This document shows, one piece after another, positions 51,618 to 59,926 of a stretch of 64,000 nt of DNA. The DNA comes from Eukaryota sp. TZLM1-RC (lineage: Eukaryota > Protista > Metamonada: BaSk clade): contig JAUPSS010000005.1 in the NCBI GenBank assembly GCA_040285825.1, positions 930,001-994,000 on the forward strand, written 5' to 3'. The translations under genes and the position numbers were made by a program. The notes beneath the pieces are model-generated. The model worked only from the letters and a program-made list of their open reading frames with translations. It was not told the DNA's origin and made no database searches. The stretch's first letter is position 1. Every line of letters starts with the position of its first letter.

Positions 51618-52720
51618 TGTTGTTGTTGCACTCAAATTGAATTAGTAGGTTTCTATGTATTTCGACTGATGACGTGATACTCATTTATGAATCAGTTTTA
51701 TTAATAAACAACAGATTTCTCTCTCTCCTTCGTGTGTTCATCTGCCTAACGGCATCAATAATTATTGGCCCTTCTTATTTCAGATGACTGTTCCTTCTGT
51801 CAACCTCCCGTCTCTTTCTTCCATGAAAGTTGAAAGTGTTCTCTTGTTCCTACAAGAGTGGAAGATCTATTCTTCTGTGACTTCTAAGAAAGAGCTTGTT
51901 CCAGCAAGACTCTTGGTCGATTCTTTTCTGTTAGAGTCCCTATCTCTCCAGAAATCCGACGTCTCTTCCAGTGACGATGTTCTTCTTAGACATCTTCAAT
52001 CTGTCGTATCGTTCGCCACGTACGAAGATTTTAGTCTGGCTATGTCAGAACTGAAGCTTGATGTCCGTATTGGTGACGTCCGAGAACGTATGTCCTGTTA
52101 CCTGCGACGTTTTTTCCAGGTAAAGAGTAGGGCTTCCGGACTGAAGTTACCAGACACAGCTTTTCTGAATCGATTTGCCAGAGGAATTCTTCCCGTAGGT
52201 CTTCAACGTTCTCTACTAGCGAGAATTCGAGATGATGTATTCCCAGATCTTCACTCTCTTGTCGAAACCACTACTGATGAGCTGTTGGACTGCTCTAGGG
52301 TTGCTTCATGGACTCGTGGTTTCAAAACCTCAGTAAATGATGTGGAACGTACGGCTGGCACTAAAACGAGGTCCTCTTGGCGCTCTCAGGATTTAAAAAA
52401 TCAATCGTGCTTCAAGTGCCACAAGCCTGGACACATCTCCCGCGATTGTCCATCTAAAATCAGACATGAGGTAAATTATTTGTGTCACACAAACGATGCA
52501 CCAAAGAGTTTAACAAACCCCATATCTTCCCTCTATTGAGCCAGTACTGTATTTGTCCTCAGAAAAGTGGGAAAAAGTAGTGTTGTTGTTGCACTCAAAT
52601 TGAATTAGTAGGTTTCTATGTATTTCGACTGATGACGTGATACTCATTTATGAATCAGTTTTATTAATAAACAACAGATTTCTCTCTCTCCTTCGTGTGT
52701 TCATCTGCCTAACGGCATCA
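51618..52720 (+). mobile_element. Gag-only mini LTR retroelement, copy 3 (intact)
   Basis: Identical 140-bp LTRs 51618-51757 and 52581-52720. TSD TATA. PPT 52561-52580. Confidence 0.95.
51784..52539 (+). CDS. gag: compact Gag (251 aa) with CCHC knuckle
   Basis: CFKCHKPGHISRDC; colinear motif matches to the copy B capsid region. Confidence 0.88.
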   Translation: MTVPSVNLPSLSSMKVESVLLFLQEWKIYSSVTSKKELVPARLLVDSFLLESLSLQKSDVSSSDDVLLRHLQSVVSFATYEDFSLAMSELKLDVRIGDVRERMSCYLRRFFQVKSRASGLKLPDTAFLNRFARGILPVGLQRSLLARIRDDVFPDLHSLVETTTDELLDCSRVASWTRGFKTSVNDVERTAGTKTRSSWRSQDLKNQSCFKCHKPGHISRDCPSKIRHEVNYLCHTNDAPKSLTNPISSLY

Positions 52721-54763
52721 TATATTGGAATCAAATTTTGATAAGTTTCCTAATATGTTTGCAGGGTCCGATCTTGGACTAATCGAAGATCCGAACATTA
52801 GTTCGTAAGGTGTAAAACCTGTCATTCTGCTTTTAGTGGAATTTATTAATAGTTGGGATATGGGTACATAAGTAGACCAATTTCCATAATCATTAAAATC
52901 TATTAATAATTTCCTCAAGCATTGTAGAACGTCTCTATGTTTTCGCTCTACGAGTCCATTACTTTCACAGTAGTGGGGTATTGAGTTACTCATCTCAATA
53001 GCTAATCTATTACACACTATCTTAAAAGTCTCATTGGCGAACTCGGGACCATTATCACTATGAATTAACATAGGTATGCCAAAAAATTGCGCAAACGTTC
53101 CAAATCAAAGCGTCTGCGGTCTCTAAGGCATTGAGTTCCTTCAGAGGGACTAAAATTGAATATCCAGTAAAAGAATCTACAAATACTAATAAGTATTTAT
53201 TACCATCACTATCAGTATTCAGAGGTCCAATTGTGTCAACATTTAGTCTGGCAAAAGGACGATCTGCCCAAAGGGAACCTGTGGAAGGTGTTTTTGTTCT
53301 TTTAACTGGTGCCGTTTTTTGACAAGTTGGGCATCTTTTGATGTGGTTTATGAGGTCCTTTCTCATATTAGGCCAGAAAAAGTCACTTTTGGACAGTTTA
53401 TGTAGACTGTCGTTTTTGCTGGGGTGGCCTGCTTGAACCAATCCATGAATTAATAATAGTGTCTGTTTTCTGAGGCTTTTTGGAATTAAAATTTGATTTT
53501 TTATTGTTTTTCCAAATTTGAGTATTTTCATCTAGAATTGCATTCTCAAATAGGGGGTCATTATTATTTTTGGCTATTTGTTGTTCAGATCTTATTTTAG
53601 AGAACCAAGAAGAAAAAATAGGTAAGTCCTGGTGTCTACTTAGGGATGAAATTGATGGGATGTCTTCGAGGTCCGAATCAGAATCATCGTCTATTGGAGG
53701 TATCTCGTAATTCGAAAGTAAAGTATCTGGTATATTTTCACTACATATAGAAGGAGTTTTCTCATTTTGATCTAAATCAATATTCCTCGATAGCATATCT
53801 GCCCAGTGGTTATCTTCACCTGGTTCATGGACTATATCAAAGTCGAATTCAGATAGTATCGGCAGCCATCTCTTTACAATTCTATTTTTCTCTGGGGCTG
53901 TGGCCAGGAATGCAATATTTTTGTGATCGGTGAAAATTGTTAGATGTCTAGTCAAAAGGTAGCTTTCTAAACAACTTTCAGTTAAAATCAGAAGAATTGC
54001 ATATAATTCTTTCTGTAAAGTGGACCATTTTCTTTGTGTTCCTGTAAGTAATCTACTATAGAACGACAAAGGTTTCACTTTTTTTTTATTCAGCGGGGTT
54101 CCTGCAGGGGAGTATGGTTCAATTTCTTGCCAAATAATGCCTCCAACTGCTGCATCTGATGCGTCGGTACTTATTAGTACGCGCTTGCCCGGAGCTGGTA
54201 ATTCAAGGGGCATGTGATTAATTATTAAATCTTTTATTTGTTTTAGGTAATCGTCATGCTTGCTAGTCCATTTAATTATTCTGGGTTTTCCTTTAATTAG
54301 CTCGTTAATTGGAGCAATTAATTCAGAAATACCTGGAAGCCAATCTCTAATATAATTGATGGATCCTACCAATGAGCGAACTTTTTTCACTGTTTTTGGT
54401 CTAGGGATTCTCATCAAGGCTTCGATTTTTTTCTTACTAATAAATCTAGTTTTATCCTGGAAGGTGCTTCCTAAAATATCAATAGGGTGTTTGGATGTTA
54501 CGAATTTACATTTACGTAAACCTATATTTACACGTCTATTTCTGGCGCATTGGAGGACTCTTTGTAATCTCTTATAGAATTCATCGAAAGTCGTTCCAAC
54601 TATTATAATATCATCAATATATATGAAAACGCCATCAATTTGGAATATTTCCATCATTACATTTTAAACATAATTGACCTTCCAGGGATTGAGATTGATG
54701 TTTTCTCAATGTCCTTCTCAGCTACATTCATCTGCCAGAAAGCTTTTGGTAAATCAAGCGTGG

Positions 54764-57700
54764 CTATATATAATCTGCTCTACTTAAAAACTCTAAAATA
54801 TCACTAATCCTAGGTAGATTAGGCTCTACTGAAATCGTGTGGGCATTGACTCCATCTTTACCGCTAAAGTCTCCCGTTGACCTGGGTTTCTTGCCGTCAG
54901 GATATATAACTAAGACAATAGGAGAGCTGAATTTATAATTAGATTCAACTGCATAGCCCATTTCAATCAGTTCATCAAATATTTTGTTTGCTATTTCCAT
55001 TTTGCTGGGATTTAATCGTCTAGCAGGTTTATGTACTATAGCATTCTCGTCTCTAAAGGGGATTGTTAGAGGTTTACAATCGATTCCTTTTCTGTTTGGA
55101 GTTTCACTAAAAACATCGCTGAAAATTCTTAGTAGACTCGTTAATTTTAATTTATTATTATCATCATCTAATTTTATCTCACAACCAGATCTAGTTAACT
55201 GCTCCTCAAAATCAGAAGGACTCGATGATTGGTTATCTAAGGTCCCAATCGAATGTTGAGCGATTCTTGAGTCGAATTCAGATTCTGCATTTAACAAAGT
55301 GCGGTGTTCTTTGTCTAAACTAATGAAAAGACCATCATCCGTCTGAAGCTCAAGTGTTTTTAACATGTCTATCCCTATTAATAATTTGTTCGAACCCGGG
55401 ATTATGGGAAGAGTATGTCTATAATGTACTTGGTGCGCAATGCTTCCTACGTTGAACGACAGAATACCATTTGCACTCCCTAGCGATTTACTTGATACGT
55501 TATTGGCTGGTAAGAACTCAATTGTATCGTCTCTATTAATTGACATATTGCATTTGTTAGCCAAATCTTCTGTTATAACCGAACAAAACGCTGCCGAATC
55601 AATAGTTGCAATCATTTTGATGTTATTTATTAAAATCTCCAATCTTAGAAATGGAGAACGCTGGGATCTGTTGTGGTTCTCACTAACCGTAGAATTTATA
55701 CCAAAAATACTATTGATATCAGAGCTGGGTTTGTGGGATTGTAGAGGATTTAGTAAGAATTGTTGAGCTGTTGGGGAGTTGTTAACTGGGTTTCCGAAAT
55801 CGGCAATTGATTGATTATAATTGATTGCGTTGATTTGTTTCCGATTGGGAAAGTTTCCAGTATTTCTGACCTTGTTGCTGAAACGGTCAATCCGACTGTG
55901 AGAGGTCATGCTCGAACTAGCTGACACGTTCTCAGAAGGGGATGATATTGATGATGTATCCTCTTGTGTATTTATGTAATAAATAGGTCTATACTGACCT
56001 CTACCTTTATGTCCTCTAAAATGGCCACCTCGGCCCCTACCTCTAAACCTAGAAACACGTCTACCACGGCCACCTCGGCCTCTAACTACGCTGCCACTTC
56101 TCGCAGGCTGATCAGCCTCGCCGATCTTAAACCTCAATTCTTTTGGTACCTTGCTCCTGGTACAACGGGGGTCTTTGCATTCGAAAACCGTGTGACCGAT
56201 AGAATTATTTCCTTCGGTGACGTTACAGAATGTACAGAACTTAGATCCCTCTCGTTCATGTCTTTCTGGGACATATTTGTTTTGGGGAGTTCCTTTGGAT
56301 CCGCCTCCCGAGCGACGTTTAGCACCTGGACCAGATGGTGTTGTGCCTCTAGAGAACGTTCTCATGGTCAAAAGGCCTAATGGGATGTCTTCTTCTCTTT
56401 CAGCTTGTTTTCTCAAAAGTTCCATGGTGTGCCTATTTCCTGTTGTTTGGCACCAAGCTAAAAAGTGTCTCCTGGTGGTCGAAATCAGGTCTAACAAAGT
56501 TGTACCTGTTGAAGGGTCCCATAGAACTTCTCTTGTCCAATGGCTTGCCAGCTCCTTGGTAATGGCAAAATTATCTATGCCCAAGAGAAAGTATTCTGCA
56601 ATAAGGGCGGGTGAGAGGGTTATTAAACCACTGCTTCCCCTAATTGATGCAGATATGGAGTGATCAACCATGTAAGTGGTCATCCTCAGGACGTCTCCAA
56701 AATCTTCGACGAACCTACCAAATTCGTTGTCCGCATCCACTTTGTTGTGGATGTTTCTCCAGTTTATACATGGTTTTGCTAGGGCAGAGCAAGCCTCATG
56801 ATATGAGGTAAATTGTGTCCTGCGTAGCAGAAAAACCATTAGGTCGGCGTCTGAGAAGTCCGGTCTTAGAAGTCCTTGGCCTTGCCATCTAGAGATGAGA
56901 TGGGGGTCGACCATGCTTGATAAGCCGGATGGACAAGTACTAATCATCATACTTCTAAATAAGTCATAATGATGGATAGGAGGTCCCAAACGTTTCGTTA
57001 GTTCTGGGTCGATCCTTAAGAGTGGCTGTTTCATGTCCCTGTCTATTTCTTCTCTGATGTGAGATGGGAGTGATGATAACAACTCAGGGGTAATCTGGGT
57101 CTTTCCTTCGCCAAATATTTGGGTTGCTATCAACATAGCACGAGACCAATCAGATTGACCAGGGGCTTGAAAGCTTCGATTGGCTATCTTGCGCCCGTAT
57201 TTGTCCCATGTTTGGAATTTGAGGAGGAAGGAGACGAGAGACATCTTGTTGAGAGGGTCCTTCTCAGATAGGTGAGGGGCTTTATATTCAGCTGACCTAG
57301 GCTGAGAGTCCACATGTCTCTGAAGACTACTTGCTATACTCATATCCAAAATGTTTCTAGGAGCTTGGAGGTCTTCCAAACGAAGAGGCTCCTCAGAAGT
57401 AACTCTTCTACGAGGGGGTTGAGGAGGAGGTGTTTCATCTAAACTAGGTCCTCTCAACTCGACTTCGTCTTCTGATGCACTAGTGAGCATAGGTTGGGAG
57501 GGACTTGATGGTCCCTGAACCACTCTGGTAGGTCTGTTTGCTCGTTCTGTCACATCTACTGTTGGGATGTGATCAGGGAGTACGTCAATGGAACAGACTT
57601 GTACCGGTTGCTCTTTTTCAGATATAATGGGGGCAATTATAGGAAGATTAGGTCTCTGGTGGAGCTCTGTTGATTGATCACCCGTGACCAAGAACCTGAA

Positions 57701-58789
57701 CTTCTTCTTCCTTGTCGTTGATTCCCCGAATTGCTGAATGAAGTTATTTGGGCGGCTCCTAAATGTGGATACGCTTGAACGTTCCGTAAGTATATTATTT
57801 AGGGCGTCCGCGTCAAAGAAGTCACTGACGGGATCCAACTTACTTGGATTTGTGCTGTCTGCTTGTTCCATGTATTCTCTGAAACAAGTAGGAGCCCCAT
57901 CCTCTACCTCTGAGTAGTTATGGATGATCGTATCAAAGTACGAGTCCATCCATGCCGGTAATTTAGTTTGCAGGATGTCGTCGGTATCGGTTCTGCTCCT
58001 TCGTTCGATGGCTAAGAACCTGATCCTTCTCCCGAACTGATCTAAGTGAATGGCTTCCCAATCAGGCCTATCTTTGATAGGCTTTGCCAGAATCACATGG
58101 ATCTCTCTATCCATACCGGTTATCCTAGGACGGCGTTCTGCCCCGCGTCCATAGGGGTCTCTACTCAAAGTGTCCAACGCGTTAATGAGTTCTCTTCTCT
58201 CATTTTGAGGGAATTCGTAGACTCTATTAGGGTCCCCTTTATGGCCCAGAGTCTGGAATCCCACATTTCTACCAGATTTTGATATTTGCTTCCAAAGGGG
58301 AGGGAGCTGCTCGAACAAACAGTAATCTGTTGGTTCAAGGTGAGCTTCCGCGTCCTTCATTATCTGTTGGCGAAGCTCTATTTCATCGTCGTCCATTTCT
58401 TCTAAAACGGACTGGAGTTCTTCGTAGTCCTTTAGGGCAGACGAAGTATCCGAGCTTAATCCAACATTTTCTTTAGGTGAGGAGGGGGGTGGTCCCGTTC
58501 CTGAAACCTTATCTGGTTTGTTGGACATGGAAAGGGCGGGAGGTGGTTCCGTGCCTGGTTCCATTGTTTTTGATTTGGAAGAGGCGGGAGGTGGTTCCGT
58601 GCCTGGTTCCATATCTTTCTCATGAGGAGGGGCGAAGGGTGGTCTCGAGCCCGAGTCCTCTTCTTTATTTGACTCTTCAGTCCCTGCTGTTGTTGTATAT
58701 ATGCACAAAGCATCTCTGTCGTACTGTTGCATCTGTCTAATGTAAAAAATTTGGCTGGAGTCAGTGTCCTGGCGAGGAGAGACTGACAT
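54764..58789 (-). CDS. gag-pol: Gag-protease-RT(N) polyprotein, truncated by frameshift
   Basis: 1341-aa ORF: long N-terminal extension, capsid-like helices, CTFC-X10-H-X4-C, RGG, IDSAA, RT start. Confidence 0.9.
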   Translation of the reverse strand: MSVSPRQDTDSSQIFYIRQMQQYDRDALCIYTTTAGTEESNKEEDSGSRPPFAPPHEKDMEPGTEPPPASSKSKTMEPGTEPPPALSMSNKPDKVSGTGPPPSSPKENVGLSSDTSSALKDYEELQSVLEEMDDDEIELRQQIMKDAEAHLEPTDYCLFEQLPPLWKQISKSGRNVGFQTLGHKGDPNRVYEFPQNERRELINALDTLSRDPYGRGAERRPRITGMDREIHVILAKPIKDRPDWEAIHLDQFGRRIRFLAIERRSRTDTDDILQTKLPAWMDSYFDTIIHNYSEVEDGAPTCFREYMEQADSTNPSKLDPVSDFFDADALNNILTERSSVSTFRSRPNNFIQQFGESTTRKKKFRFLVTGDQSTELHQRPNLPIIAPIISEKEQPVQVCSIDVLPDHIPTVDVTERANRPTRVVQGPSSPSQPMLTSASEDEVELRGPSLDETPPPQPPRRRVTSEEPLRLEDLQAPRNILDMSIASSLQRHVDSQPRSAEYKAPHLSEKDPLNKMSLVSFLLKFQTWDKYGRKIANRSFQAPGQSDWSRAMLIATQIFGEGKTQITPELLSSLPSHIREEIDRDMKQPLLRIDPELTKRLGPPIHHYDLFRSMMISTCPSGLSSMVDPHLISRWQGQGLLRPDFSDADLMVFLLRRTQFTSYHEACSALAKPCINWRNIHNKVDADNEFGRFVEDFGDVLRMTTYMVDHSISASIRGSSGLITLSPALIAEYFLLGIDNFAITKELASHWTREVLWDPSTGTTLLDLISTTRRHFLAWCQTTGNRHTMELLRKQAEREEDIPLGLLTMRTFSRGTTPSGPGAKRRSGGGSKGTPQNKYVPERHEREGSKFCTFCNVTEGNNSIGHTVFECKDPRCTRSKVPKELRFKIGEADQPARSGSVVRGRGGRGRRVSRFRGRGRGGHFRGHKGRGQYRPIYYINTQEDTSSISSPSENVSASSSMTSHSRIDRFSNKVRNTGNFPNRKQINAINYNQSIADFGNPVNNSPTAQQFLLNPLQSHKPSSDINSIFGINSTVSENHNRSQRSPFLRLEILINNIKMIATIDSAAFCSVITEDLANKCNMSINRDDTIEFLPANNVSSKSLGSANGILSFNVGSIAHQVHYRHTLPIIPGSNKLLIGIDMLKTLELQTDDGLFISLDKEHRTLLNAESEFDSRIAQHSIGTLDNQSSSPSDFEEQLTRSGCEIKLDDDNNKLKLTSLLRIFSDVFSETPNRKGIDCKPLTIPFRDENAIVHKPARRLNPSKMEIANKIFDELIEMGYAVESNYKFSSPIVLVIYPDGKKPRSTGDFSGKDGVNAHTISVEPNLPRISDILEFLSRADYI

Positions 58790-59107
58790 GATATCCGCTG
58801 AAGATATCCTCTGTTTGATAGCTGTGAGTTGTGTGAACGGTATACCTATAACCTAATACGGCCAATAATTATTGTTGCCTTTGGTTGCAAAAGTGGTTGA
58901 GATAAAGATAATTTATTTTCTATTCATATTATAAAAGCCTTAGGGCGCCAACATTTCTTGTTCTTTACTAGTGTTTATTTTTCAGGAAGTTTTTTCAAAA
59001 ATCGTTCTTCTGCAACATTATTTTTACATGGTTATGTTCTAGTGAAGAAACTGATTATGCAACAAATGAAATTAAGAAAATTTACGTTAAATTGATGAGA
59101 ATAAGAC

Positions 59108-59490
59108 TCATTCAACACAATCAGCTAGATTCATGTACAGTTGACAATCTGAAGTTAATAATATGAAGTGATGTTCACACAATTAATGACTCCTGTTCCA
59201 TCAAAATCAACATTGTTGATGATGTCATCAAGCTTTTTCTCACTCAGGTTAGATTAAAAAGACAACCTTATGTTCAGGTCCAAGTCAAGAACAAACTTCT
59301 TGAAGGTGGAGATCTTAATGAAGCTGTCATCATTCTTCTCCAACATGCGATACATTTCAAGTACTTGATTCTCGTCATCGCTTTCGTACAGAAGTGTAGC
59401 AATATCAACCCATTGTTGGAAAGAAATGTTTCCAGTCTTGGACACATCGTAATCATTGAACAATTGGTTTAACTTATCTTCAGGAGGATC
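59108..59490 (-). pseudogene. calmodulin-like paralogue lacking its 5' end (introns 59243-59266, 59149-59180)
   Basis: DVSKTGNISFQQW, DFDGTGVIN; paralogous to 31759-32095 plus 36100-36150. Confidence 0.78.
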
Positions 59491-59494
59491 CTAG

Positions 59495-59640
59495 TAACCA
59501 AAGGACTGTTACAATTAGGAGTAGAGTAGGAAAATCGCGCACTGAAAAGAATTGTTGGTGTTGATGCATGTATTGAGAATATCGAATATTGTTTTTTGTT
59601 TAGTTGTTATAATTGCGTTTCAAATTTTTTTTAACAAAGA
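59495..59640 (+). mobile_element. 3'-terminal fragment of RLE family B
   Basis: Matches 26237-26315 joined to 27147-27210, i.e. the empty-site version. Confidence 0.8.
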
Positions 59641-59926
59641 CATAGAATTATTGTGTATTCGTTTTTCAATACAAACATCTGTTCATATACAATAACAGTT
59701 ACAAGCTTCAATAGTTTAACAGTTGAGGAAATATCTTGTACATTATTCCAAAACAAAGTTGGAAATATGGAATACAAGAACTGGTAACATTGAGCCTCAA
59801 CACCAGAAGGCGGGTGTGTGATCTAGAGAGCATATTCTTTGGGGTTCATTTCAAAATCTCAACCACTAAACACTGTAAATTTTGACTCTAATAACAGCCA
59901 ACGTACGCTAAAATCATCAGCCTCAA

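Larger units (their letters stand above)
51014..54763 (-). pseudogene. pol: RT-RNaseH-integrase-chromo-like tail, broken by frameshifts, a ~40-bp RT deletion and the Gag-only insertion
   Basis: ORFs 53398-54657, 53058-53531, 52718-53071 and 51014-51631. Confidence 0.92.
50820..58953 (-). mobile_element. complete Ty3/Gypsy-type LTR retrotransposon, copy B
   Basis: 81-bp LTRs 50820-50900 and 58873-58953 (1 mismatch). TSD TTTC. PPT 50901-50918. Confidence 0.97.

Noticed and set aside
58873-58953. Tf1-style self-priming by pairing of the PBS with an LTR-internal sequence (AATAAATTAT)
   Set aside because: The match needs a bulge and is absent from the copy A LTR and from the satellite LTR.
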